From positions 744,001-808,000 of the forward strand of contig NC_134028.1 in assembly GCF_964204645.1 (NCBI RefSeq): a stretch of 64,000 bases of DNA, written 5' to 3'. Below the pieces are notes generated by a model. That model did no database searches. It had not been told where the DNA came from and worked only from the letters and a program-made list of their open reading frames with translations. Within the stretch, counting starts at the first letter, position 1. The number at the start of each line of letters is the position of its first letter. A program made the position numbers and the translations under genes. Positions 51,894 to 64,000 of the stretch are shown one piece after another. Origin of the DNA: Tubulanus polymorphus (lineage: Eukaryota; Animalia; Nemertea).

Positions 51894-54800
51894 ATGGATC
51901 TTTCAACATATTTCATAGATGAAGAATATGGTTTTTTACTTTCTAATCCGCTGGTAAGCCTCCCTTTCTAATCCACTGTGGTAAGCCTTTCTTTCTAATC
52001 CACTGTGGTAAGCCTTTCTTTCTAATCCACTGTGGTAAGCCTCCCTTTCTAATCCACTGTGATAAGCCTCATTCATTCAATGGATTCTCTCATTGTAGAC
52101 AGTTCTTCCCAAACCGTATCAAATCTGGGTGGAATTCGCTAGAAATATTGTTCAACAACTTGAAAATCATGAATTACGACGTTCTATTAGACAGGTGAGA
52201 GTAATTGAATCAATAGATCACATGAAAAATCCCATAATAGTTGAAAGACTAAAAAGTTAATTTAAATATTAGAAATATTTGGGGTGGTCTCAGCCATCAA
52301 ATGGTTCCTGCTATCAGGAGGTTCCTGCCATCGAGTGGTTCCTGCCATCAGGTGTTTCCTGCCATTGAGTGCTTCCTGCCATCTAGTGGTTCCTGCCATC
52401 AGGTGGTTCCTGCCAACGAATGGTTCCTGCCATCAGGTGGTTCCTGCCATCGAGTGGTTCCTGCCATCGAGTGGTTCCTGCCATCAGGTGGTTCCTGCCA
52501 TCGAGTGGTTACGGCCATCGAGTGGTTCCTGCCATTGAGTGGTTCCTGCCATCAGGTGGTTCCTGCCATCGAGTGGTTCCTGCCATTGAGTGGTTCCTGC
52601 CATCAGGTGGTTCCTGCCATCAGGTGGTTCCTGCCATCAGGTGGTTCCTGCCATTGAGTGGTTCCTGCCATTGAGTGGTTCCTGCCATCAGGTGGTTCCT
52701 GCCATCGAGTGGTTCCTGCCATCGAGTGGTTCCTGCCATCGAGTGGTTCCTGCCATCAGGTGGTTCCATACTGTTTTAGACTGAGGAATGGTGGTAGCAA
52801 CCACTCAAAATACTTCTAGTATTTTCAAAAAAACTTTTCAGTCATTAAAAACCATTTACATTTATTCTTAGTGTGAGTAGCGATGATGTCATTGGGGGTT
52901 TAATGGAGGCCGACATGTTGTTTATATAAAGTTCTCTCTATTTGAATAGTTACCTCTGATATCAGAAGATGCTGGGCTTCAATCTTATAAACAGCTAAGA
53001 CTAGGTCGAATGTGTCTGATATTTATTGTATCAGCCTATATGTGGCAGGAAGGTGATGAACATGCTATAGAGGTTAGTGATCAATCACCGGGAATTAATT
53101 CATCCCGATTTATTTACAAACTGTCAGTTTGTGTAATTTGTATTTCAGGTAATTCCGATGAATTTAGCGATTCCTCTCTACAACATTTCTAAACGCCTCG
53201 GTTTAAAACCTATAATTTCTCACGCCGATTGCGTGTTGGCAAACTGGCAGAAAATTGATCCTACCGGGTAAATTTAATACCGAAACAAGTATATCTATCT
53301 TACTTAATGTTCTCTTTAATACTATACAACTGTTATTTGTTTCAGACCTTTTGAATTCAGGTCAGTTTCTTAACTATAGCATACTTCGTAATAATCATTT
53401 GTGAAAATACATTAGACTCCTCTTAACTGGAATAGTTTCAAGTTGAATAATCATCATTTAACTCAAACATAAATCTTAAATACACTGCACAACAGAATTC
53501 CAGTTTCTGTAACTCGAATTATCACTGAAATTAGGAGGAGTCTGTGCTTTGAGAAGGTTTAATAATTCATCAGTATTTTTGTAGTAATCTAAAGACAATT
53601 TTACAATTTCCCGGTGGAAGAAGTTTTGATAGTTTTGTCTTGTTGACCGCAGAAATAGAAATGGGTTTTTGTCCTGGTATTAAGGTTTGTATTTATCATT
53701 ATAACACTTTAACAGTGGATTTACAGTCAATATGATTGTCTGGTATCTGATTGTTTGGTATCTGATTGTAGGCGATTGTGAAAGCTTTAGAAAATGTGGA
53801 AAATGAAAACATTGATGAATTGATCGGTAATCTGAATATAATGAGAGAAGTTATTCAGGTTACTGCAGATTGTATATTTAGATTACACGGTAAGAATTTG
53901 ACCGCTGTAGAACTGATTAATCGGACCATGTAGCCCTTAAAAAATTCTCTTCAATTGTAGATGAATGCGACCCTCACGTATTCTACAATGAAATCAGACC
54001 ATTTCTAGGAGGGTATGGTGGAGATAATTCGCCTTTTCCTGATGGTGTTGTATTTGAAGGTGTTTCTGATGAGAAGTTTAAGGTACCGGTATTTGTTATT
54101 CTCTCCTCTCCTTTCTTTCTCTCTCTGTGGAACTGGGTCTTGTATTTTATAGTTTGTAAAAAAAAATAAACTGAATTTGTGTCTGTCTGTTGAGTGTATT
54201 GTATGAATGTTTCAGTTATCTGGAGGTAGTGCAGCTCAAAGTAGTTCAATGCAGTGTTTTGATGAAGCTTTAGGGATTCATATTCAACCAGGTAAACACT
54301 TTACACGTCTGAACATCCATTTTATCCACTATAATATGATTGTATTTAACTCGTTCATTTTATTCATAGAGAAGAAGAATTTCCTTATAGAAATGCGTAA
54401 CTACATGCCACCCGCGCATAAATCATTTATAGAAGCGTTAGCCAGAGCGCCATCTATTAGACAGTTTGGTAAGTAATCCTAGAGGCTGTTTGTAGAGTCT
54501 GTTCGGTAGTTTGAACTGGTTTTATATTTTGTTTCTCTTATTTTTCAAACAGTTGAAAGAGCTGAGAATGAAAGATTAATCAACGCTTACAACGGAACAG
54601 TAGCAGAACTGAAACAATTCAGAGATTCTCATATTAAACTCGTCGCTAGGTAATTCTTTAACAATCAACACTGTTTCATTTTAAAAGTGCTCGGATCAAG
54701 TTCCACAGTTGTGAGTTGATAACTCTTTGAGTTTTAAAATGAGTTTAACTTGATGAGTCAAATCTACAGTTCAGCGACTGTAGAACTGGATCATGGGAGA

Positions 54801-55116
54801 ATTGACTGTGATATTCTATAGTGTGGATCTGTGTAACCTAAAAGCTGAACTTATATTATAGATATATATCTCCTATTTATTGCAGATATATAGTGTGTAT
54901 GTCGAATAAAGCCAAACGTTCAGCTGGGGTTAGATATCAAGCGATTGAAAAAACAGGAACTGGTGGTCAAAGTAAGTCGTATGATTATATAGATCAATAT
55001 TCATTCCACTATCATACAACTTTATTTCGTATTTGTTTGTGTATTTTGCAGGTCCGATGCAGTTTCTGAAAAGTATTCGGAATTCTACTTCATCTAGTCA
55101 ATTATCAAACACCTGA
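51894..55116 (+). CDS. Indoleamine 2,3-dioxygenase family protein (IDO2-like), about 13 coding exons
   Basis: [66 protein letters not shown] (proximal His), TGTGG; stop at 55116. Confidence 0.93.
52284..52770. repeat. Intronic minisatellite, 17-bp unit (cgagtggttcctgccat / caggtggttcctgccat)
   Basis: Directly visible; source of four overlapping repetitive ORFs. Confidence 0.95.
54694..54792. mobile_element. MITE of the gatccagttccacagtt TIR family (IDO intron); relatives at ~55370-55461, ~57780-57875 and ~63137-63240
   Basis: gatcaagttccacagttg ... cgactgtagaactggatc inverted ends; internal gagttaa/aactc motifs shared among copies. Confidence 0.7.
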
Positions 55117-55809
55117 AAACTACTACAGATCTAAACTATCGATATCAGTGTAAGAGAATGCCCTGTATCAGTGATAGACTCTGTTATAGACTCATGCTGT
55201 ATTTATAAGCTGGTATGTGGTGTTCATCTACGGTTACCTCAATTTCAAGGTCGTCTAGTTCAACAAATATATTTTCCAGGCAACTGTTTACAACTGTCTG
55301 TTGTATTTAAACGCAGTGATCAGTGAATATTTCAATGTGCCAATTAAATAACCATATTCATGATCAAATGGAAATCAGTTTCACAGTCGAGTGAAGATTA
55401 ATTCATTTTCAATGTTTTGACTGTGAAATCAAATTTTCACTCACAACTGTCGAACTGGGTCTTGTATTCTATAGTTTCTAAATAAGATAAACTGAATTTG
55501 GCTGAGACGAACTCGACTGGAGTTTTATATTATTATATGACAAAAATCCTCCAGCAGTTTATTTTGTGATCTCGTTATTTTCTGTTTGTTTGTATTTTAG
55601 AAATGTCAATTTACACATTGTCAAATTTTATAGGATTTAATAAATGTATAGCACACATATATATGTCTCTCTCGTTATTTATTGTCTGAGGCAGAATGAT
55701 TGGAAATATATTCTAAAAGAGTAAAAATTGTTCTAAACAAAAATGGATCTTGGACAAAGAAATATTCAATCAAATACAACGTCAAGAGAATTGGATACAC
55801 TGCTACCAC

Positions 55810-55950
55810 GCAACCCTAACCCTAACCACCCTGTAACCCTAACCCTAGCTCCCGCATAACCCTAACCCTAGCCATGACGGGATTTGAACCTGGGTCTCTC
55901 ACCTATCAGTCTGCTCTCCTAACCGCTAGACCACTGAGCTCTAGTGCCTA
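55810..55950 (-). mobile_element. tRNA-derived SINE-like element with a (TTAGGG)-type tail
   Basis: On the minus strand: A-box TGGTCTAGCGG (55933-55923), B-box GGTTCAAATCC (55890-55880), then tagggttagggtta blocks. Confidence 0.65.
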
Positions 55951-56864
55951 CCAGTGTTTGTCAGTTTGTCTGTTCAATGTGGTGACTGGTAACCAGTCAG
56001 GTGTAATGACTACACACTAATGCCATCATTCTTATAAACTGTATGTAGCTGGGATGTTAATTCGGGTTTTTGTCAACTGTTCCAAATCCTTGAAGCAGAA
56101 AAGAAGAAAGAGCGTTGAAGATTCTTATTTATAAACAATCACGAGTTAAACATGTACATGCATCTAATAATTCTGTATAAAAACATTTATTTCAACAAAT
56201 CCTTACTCAAAACAAAGACAATATATGAGTCAATATACAACATAGAAAGGTGTGTAAATATTCACTCTTTAACAGTTTTAAACCATGATCCTGATTGGCT
56301 GAAAACACTAGTCACATGCACCGGTTACGTGTCGGTACGGCGTGATACCCTTCCAGATATCTACGTATTACTGTAATATCCGCAGTAGATATTTACTGTA
56401 ATACCATAACATGTAATAAGTGTAATACTAGTGGAATGTACATCCCATACAGTGGTGCAGAATTGCCAGAATTCATTCTATTTGTGACCTCATTATAATA
56501 AATGGTTTTATAGACTGTAATAAAGCTGCCATAGTTTAAACAAGAGAACTTCTAAAGAGAAAAGGTAGATCCAGTAGTTACATATATGTAGGGAATATAG
56601 TGAACCTTCAGTCAACTGAGCCCTGGGAAGTGAGGATGCTTACCATAAAAAATAACTTAATCCTTCTAAGCTCAAGCTATTGTGAATTTAGTGTCAGTTA
56701 ATATTCCAGTAAAAGGATTAGTAAATTTACATAAATATTCATGTAAATACAATGAATATTTATGTAAATTTAATGAATATTTATGTACATTTACTGAATA
56801 TTTATGTAAATTTACTGAATATTTATGTTAATTCACTGAGATTCAACTATTGAATAAAACAGAT

Positions 56865-59800
56865 CTAATTGAATGCAATGAGTAATAATAGAGTCGTAGT
56901 TAAAAAAGAACAGCTGAATGTGATGTAGGAATGTAAATTCATGGAATATACAGTTTGTGATGAACTGATCAAATTACAAGTTAATTCTAATCTCTTCATA
57001 TTCAAACATTGAGTATTCCTCAGTGATTGAACAGTAAGACCGGCTGCTGCTGACTGTCGCTGTTTAGAGCAGATATTCTCATCCATTTCAAATGAACCCG
57101 GTTTTTGAACGCTGAAAAAAAAAAGATTTAAAGAGGTTGAAATTGAAATAAACGATAGCGAATATTTCTCTTTAGATTAGATTAAAAAAAGAAATCGTTG
57201 AATGAAACTCAGATTGAAATGAAATCAAGTTTTAGTTTTTGAATTAGTTTGTAATTTTGAATTGCTTAGAAGGCAATTTCAAGTCCTCACCTATTCATGA
57301 TTTGACAGTTAAAGTTGAAAAATGTTTCTTTCCGTTTATAATTCTCCAAAACGATTAAATATAGATTAGTATCGGGTATGGCAGTGATATGATAATCACT
57401 GGTACCGCACGGGTCTGCATCCAATACTCCCGATAATCTGCCCCCGATAACTTCTAAACGAGTTCTATTCACGGTGTAGTAGATAACCTTCTTCATACAG
57501 CTGCGTAGAGAACGATATCGAGGGATCGGTCCAATCTGTTCATCATCCTGTGAGTATTTAACTTCTTTATCAGCGAGTGTTACCTGAAACCAGCGGTAAA
57601 AAAACACTGAATTGTAATTACCACAACCAGTTACAGCAAGTCCTTGACTCAACAGTTCCACAGTTCTGCACTCAGTTCCACAGTTCTGCACTCAGTTCCA
57701 CAGTTCTGCACTCAGTTTTGCAGCTTTGGACTCAACTATTCCACAGTCCTTGACTCAGCAGTTCCACAAATCATGATTTAATTCCACAGTCCTTGGTTAA
57801 AAACTTTAGAGTTGAAATATTTGAAAGGAACTAATCCAATTCTCAAGTCAAACTTTACCAATAACTGTGGAACTTGAAGTGAAAATCATCTAGAGTCAAA
57901 TTAAACTCAAACAAGTGTGGATCCAGGTGCAATAACAAGGAAGCTGGTCCAGGAATGTGGAGTCAGGTCCAGTAACAAGGAACTGGGTCCAGGAATATGG
58001 AATCAGGTCCAGTAACAAGGAACTGGGTCCAGGAATATGGAATCAGGTCCAGTAACAAGGTACTGGGTCCAGGAATATGGAATCAGGTCCAGTAACAAGG
58101 AACCAGGTCCAGGAATGTGGAATCAGGTCCAGTAACAAGGAACTGGGTCCAGGAATATGGAATCAGGTTCAGGAATCGTTCAAACAATTATCTTTGAGTA
58201 CTCAGTACATTGCAGAGAAGGAATCAGAAAATAAACCAATGAACTCACATCATCAGTGTCAGTATTGGTATGTATCTGTACCGGTCGCTGATTGTTGGCT
58301 ATAGTTGAACATACAGCTTGATAATCAATAGTTTCATGTTGAATAATTAAACCAATAGACAGCAAGATCCTAAACAGACGGCCTTGTTTACCAGCCAATG
58401 AGAATCTCTCATATTTATCCGTCGATGTATCGGAAATTCCATCGAAATCAGGATCGATGACGAGATTCGTAACACCATCCATTATATAACACCTATTAAT
58501 ACAACAAACAAACATCTCTGAATTACTGGTATTTCTAGAATTCGAGAAATTCTATTGTACCTATTGAGAAAGCTAGGGCCATCAACATTCTTATATTCTA
58601 TATTCTATAGTCAACCTCACGATTATTGAATCCCAAAACTACTAGGATTATTCAATAAAGACGACTATTAGAATAGAATGCCGATACGTTGAATAAAACT
58701 ACTCTCAAGGTAACATTTCAGACCTTATCTTATCATTCTTTGAGCGAGATTTTTCTACATCGCCATAAAGATTATCATCAATTCATCTTTAGAGGAGGCT
58801 GGCACCATCAAAAGGAAACCTCAGAATAATTATGTTTGATAGATATTTCACTTACTTGGTTTGACAGTGATTAGCCGTGTTGCACTTATAAACCGCGTCA
58901 CAGTAATGAGATTTGCTGATTGTTTTCGATAAATTGATAATTCTACGATAAAGATCTCGATAGTGAACGTCGAATGCAACTACAGCGCTGACTGGAGCAG
59001 AACAACGATTACTTGATCGGTCACAATTCTGGGATTCACATTGATCATCAGTATCACACTTACAGCCACTTACTAATAAACTATTACCTATAAACAATAG
59101 ATAGAGATTACTGTTTCTAATAGTTATGATGGTGGATGATTGACATAGTGACATTCCAGTATCATTATAATGGTATCCAGACACAGTTCAGGATCCAGTT
59201 CTACAGTTCTGGATCCAGTTAAATAGTTCTGGACCCAGTTCTACAGTTCAGGATCCAGTTAAATAGTTCTGGATCCAGTTCTACAGTTCTGGATCCAATT
59301 CTACAGTTCAGGATCCAGTTCCACAGTTCTGGATCCAGTTCTACAGTTCAGGATCCAGTTCCACAGTTCTGGATCCAGTTCTACAGTTCAGGATCCAGTT
59401 CCACAATTCTGGATCCAGTTACATAATTCTGGATCCAGTTCTACAGTTCAGGATCCAGTTCCACAGTTCAGGATTCAGTTCCACAAAATCTGATAAGTTG
59501 ATGATGTAATTGTTAGTTACGAGAATAAGATAATTTACCTGTACAGTGTTGTGGTTGAGGGTTGAACAGTGCCATTGATTTGTGAATACTTTTAGATAGT
59601 GTCACTATTTTACCGGAACCAGTTTCATCTCTGTAAACAGCAGTAACAGCGAGACGTCCGGGTGAAACTAAAGCCTGTCGATACCACGGCCGTCTAGAAT
59701 ACACATAAAACATAATATAAATATATACCATGGCTGTCACATACACAAACAATTAATCAGTGAACTAAATCGTTTTATTCTAAATGGGTTGTCTACCATT

Positions 59801-62800
59801 TCCAATACTGTTGAAACTTCAGAATTGAGCCGAGTCAACATCCCCTAATCTAGCAGTAACAAACCTGGTTGGATTGTAGTCACCCCTCCCACCCATACTC
59901 AAGCACAGTAACAAACCTGGTTGGATTGTAGTCACCCCCTCCCACCCCTAATTTAGCACAGTAACAAACCTGGTTGGATTGTAGTCACCCCCTCCCACCC
60001 CTAATTTAGCACAGTAACAAACCTGGTTGGATTGTAGTCACCCCCTCCCACCCCTAATTTAGCACAGTAACGGACCTGGTTGGATTGAAGTCATCTTTCA
60101 GTTTGACACCCGGATAAATCCTCATCATGCCGTTCTCTGTTCCGATATAAGTCCACAGTGTTCTATTCTGTATCACCGCTGGACGATTTATCCACCATGA
60201 ATCGACAGTGGAAGTCAATTTAATATCGGCTCTGACTTCAGGGTGTAGTTTACTATGAGGACACTGCTTTATGTTCGATGTTGAAGGTTTATTTATATAA
60301 GCGTGAAGATCAGCGATATTATCAGTTCTATTCTCAGGTGTACAGAATGATTGATATGATAATTTCACTACTGATGATTTCATTGTGGTTTTTACTCCTG
60401 AAAACAGACGAAGAAATCAACATCAAATCTCAAATTACTTACTAAAAAACAAAGTTACAATTCTACATCTCAAATATCTCTCTGATTAATCCGACCCAAA
60501 TGAAAAGATTATGACTGCTGAAATTCACCTACAGCTTCTCCACCAAACACTTGCTTAAAAGGAGAAAACCATGGGCTGCAGTTGCTCAAAATTTGGTTAG
60601 AGTTAACAAGCGGATAGCAGACAATTAAAACATCATTGCTTTTAACCTCCTCTGCACTTATATTAACATTTTGAACGTCAAACCACCCTCTCTCTCTTCT
60701 TCCAAGTATCTGAAACCCAGATTCAGTTTCTTTCAGCACTGATGAAACCTACCTGGAAATCCTGGCTGATTATACTGTATTTCTAATTTAGTGACGTTTT
60801 CTACGAGTTTAAACGGTTCTGTTAAACTCAGGTAACCGTCTAAATCATCGAGGTAAGAATGAGAGAATGATACCGGCTGTTTGGGCTGTATGTACGTTTT
60901 ATCACTTTCAGTCAACACTAAAGCTATAGAATATCCACCAGAACCTACAATAAAACCAGAGACATTGAACGCCAGCTCGAGACAGAAATCATAATCAGCC
61001 TTATCCATATCAACAGGTCTTAGGAAAATAGTTTACATTTATGAAGTAGCCTAGACAATTCATACATGAAACAAAGAGCGGAAAAAAAGGGTTTAATAAT
61101 AAGTAGAAATTCTGACAATAAATACAGAATAGAGATGGAATAATCATCATAAGATATATAGATTTATTGTGGGATTTTCTACTTATATCAGAGTGAAATA
61201 TATTACCTGCAATAGGCTGATAGTAGTATTCAGTATATCGAACAGGTCTCCAGTAAAGCGACTGATGAACGAGGACAGGTTGATGAGCATCTTCAGTGAT
61301 CTTATATGTACCAGATTTACCATTCGTTAATTGTTCTACGACGTATTGGAAATCATCGGGTTTTCCATCGACTGTTTCTAATGACATGATATTCACACGT
61401 ACTGGATCATCCAATAGCTGTTAATATATAGAACTATATACATTAACCCTCCTAGAAACATGGCGACCTCCCTAAATCCCCCTATTACCTACCACTGATC
61501 TATACTACACTCTTTCAGAAAAGATGGCTGCCTCCATAGATCCCCCTATGACATCATCAAATCGTCTTCTAGTGATCTGATATCTATAGACATATCTAGA
61601 AAAGATGTCTGCCCACATAATCCCCGAATGACATCATTAAATTACCTCCTAGCGATTTCATCCACCCTTCTAAAAAAGCTGTCTGCCTCATTGATTTCAC
61701 TAACCTGAGCTGATGATTTAACCAATGGATGTACAATAACCTCCGCATGTTCATCCACCATAAAAGCGTAAGCATTTCCCCAAACATAATTCAAAATGAT
61801 TGTCTCCAATGTATTTAAAGTAGCATCCACTCCGACAACACCGAGGAGTCTAAAAACAATACCATAGAATACAGCATGAATATAGCATGAATATAGCATG
61901 AATACAGTATGGACACAGGATGGATTACAGCATGGATATAGCATGGATACAGTATGGATACAGGATGGATACAGCTTGGATACAGGATGGATACAGTATG
62001 GATTACAGCATGGATACAGCTTGGATACAGCTTGGATACAGGATGGATACAGCTTGGATACAGCATGGATACAGCTTGGATACAGCATGAATACAGCATA
62101 ATACAGGATGGATACAGGATGGATTACAGCATGGATATAGCATGGATACAGTATGGATACAGTATGGATACAGGATGGATACAGTATGGATTACAGCATG
62201 AATAAAACTATGAATCTAGAAATATGAATCTAAAATCATCAGTAATTGTATGTCACTTACTGGCTTGAGTCAGAGTAGACAGCTTTAAACGCGGTTACAA
62301 TAAGACCGAGACCTGATTTATCCAGATACGGCGAAGTCCACATCGTTTCATTCAGAATTCCTGAACTATCGACTAAATATTCAAAATAGTTTGACATCTG
62401 TTTAATGACGTCATTATCATGTTTAGTGACCGGTATAAATAAACCACCTCCGGAACAAGCCAGTTCACTGAGTAGAGCAATGTTTTGAGCATTAGTCAGG
62501 AAGGTGAATACTTTTATCTGAAACACATAATAAAGATGCATGATTAGATGAGTGCAATGTGTGAAACAGTAGCCGTATAGTTTATTAGATACTTACATCA
62601 TCTTTAATCACTCGATGATTTTCATGAACAAGTTTTAGAAGTTGTTTATATCTATAACGACAAACTTCACCCGGGACGTATCTACGTCTGCTGTGACCGT
62701 CGTAACGATGGTAACCTAGACAATGACAACAATACCACAATAAAACGTACGGGTATGTCACTAAAGCAGTCAATAGCACTGGAATTTGTGACGGTGTATA

Positions 62801-64000
62801 GTTTTTAAGTAGCTCATTTAGAGAACTTGGTAGCCCAGCCCGGTAGTCTGACCCGGCAGCCCAGCCCGGTAGTCTGACCCGGCAGCCCAGCCCAGACTCC
62901 TGGCCCTAAGCGGTACCATACCTGGATCACATCTCTGTAAACCATCAGAATCATCACCATCTCCAACAAATAATATCAACATCAACTGTTGCTGCTGACA
63001 ACCAGATTTCTGTTGTTTGTGTAACAGTTTATAAGCCATTTTAAACGCAGCCCTTGAGTAAAAATAAAGAAAAACATTCAATTAATTTCTGTACAACACG
63101 TACTCATGTCCCTACGGAAGTTAACTTAACCATCCGGACCCATAGTCCCACAGTTGTGAGTTAAGATTTGACTCAGAGTTAACTCTAACTCATCTATCAA
63201 CTGGCTTACTTAAACCGACTTTATATCAACTGACCCCTGATGGAGTGTACACGGTACTCACAGATGATCAGATCCACCCTTAGCTTCAATTGAATTAATT
63301 CTTGAAAGTAAATCTCTCCGATGACTCGACGTCGCGGACAGCATTCGATGACCTTGACAACTGAGCACTTCCGGGTCATGGTCAACTTTTCCCCCACTCG
63401 TCTTGTAATAAAATGACCTTGACACGATGACGCTGACTAAATCTGACTTCGTTAAAGTTTCAATGAGCGCACTGGCAATTTTCTTCATACGAGAAAGTCT
63501 GAAATTAATCATATAACAATTCAACTCCGTGGTGGTAGACAGGGATCCACTGTGGTGGTTGATACTATATTCATTCACTATCAATTGTGACAAGTGATAG
63601 ATCCAGTCCTGTGATACCGGTAGATAGACCCAGTCCAGTTGATTCAGTCTAGTCCAGTGTTAAGGGTAGCGGTAGTCTGATCAGACAACCTTTTATGGGC
63701 TATTATAACCCAATAATATCAGACAGGTTAACAGTTGTTGTTTTAGGGACAACAGCTTTAGTTCCTGGTGATCAAGTCCCCTTCTAATAGTGAGGGGATG
63801 ATACCTAGTAAGATAAGGGATAATAATAGATGGTTTTAGATACTAGTTGCGCATTGCTTACCCATTGTTATATGACATAGAAAAACTTCCATCTAAAATG
63901 ATGACTAAATTCTTTGGTCCCGAAGTGGCGGACACATACCACGGTCTTGTACGGGGGTCGAAATCTTCTTTAAAACCGATGAAATTATTCTGCCATTCTC
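56865..64000 (-). CDS. VWA + Cache domain protein (CACHD1 / calcium-channel alpha2delta family), multi-exon, 5' part outside the window
   Basis: FDPRTRPWYVSATSGPKNLVIILDGSFSM, VWA helices, WTSPYLDKSGLGLIVT, LLGVVGVD, YAFMVD, YIGTENGMMRIYPG, RPWYRQAL; ends in the hydrophobic tail FLTTTLLLLIAFN. Confidence 0.88.
57930..58180. repeat. Intronic minisatellite, 40-bp unit
   Basis: aatcaggtcc recurs at 58001, 58041, 58081 and 58121. Confidence 0.92.
58640..58760 (+). mobile_element. Decayed Penelope-family hammerhead tail (intronic)
   Basis: attattcaataaagacgactattagaatagaatgccgatacgttgaataaaactactctcaagg resembles 24641-24730; catalytic cores mutated. Confidence 0.65.
59180..59490. repeat. Intronic minisatellite, 20-bp unit ggatccagtt(c/t)(c/t)acagttc(a/t)
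   Basis: About 15 copies; the unit matches the terminal repeat of the local MITE family. Confidence 0.92.
59850..60090. repeat. Tandem repeat, ~52-53-bp unit, containing an exon end plus splice donor
   Basis: cagtaacaaacctggttggattgtagtcacc units; the last unit is the real exon junction. Confidence 0.9.
61870..62205. repeat. Intronic minisatellite, ~11-bp unit tggatacagca and variants
   Basis: Directly visible; source of spurious ORFs on both strands. Confidence 0.93.

Noticed and set aside
52284-52784. Four overlapping repetitive ORFs
   Set aside because: Artefact of a stop-free 17-bp minisatellite inside an IDO intron.
60509-60760. Apparent frameshift between ORFs 60733..61008 and 60509..60739
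   Set aside because: A donor ccag|gtaggt at ~60752 ends the exon; the second ORF is intronic.
61815-62205. Cys/His/Trp-rich repetitive ORFs on both strands
   Set aside because: Translations of an intronic ~11-bp minisatellite.

Overview
Eukaryotic genomic DNA from an AT-rich, gene-dense invertebrate genome with short introns. It is probably lophotrochozoan, inferred from protocadherin type and gene content. About 14 host genes are recognisable: a RASD/Di-Ras-like GTPase, a secreted mucin-stalk C-type lectin, a TMC channel, two intronless rhodopsin-class GPCRs, an SLC22 transporter, two tandem intronless secreted cadherin-repeat genes, an MS4A/CD20-like 4TM protein, a multidomain astacin protease, SPC24, ADPRH (ARH1), an IDO and a VWA/Cache alpha2delta-like gene cut by the window end. 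The main accessory feature is a 5'-truncated Penelope-like retroelement (RT + GIY-YIG) with an intact minimal hammerhead ribozyme in its 3' tail. Its RT is broken by a 436-bp inverted copy of its own downstream flank, and decayed ribozyme tails of the same family lie in two introns. Other notable signals: mosaic identical/divergent secreted protocadherin fragments, a U12-type intron in SPC24, tandem duplications centred on splice junctions in several genes, and satellites built from MITE termini. All exon boundaries and alignments were read by eye and are approximate unless stated otherwise.
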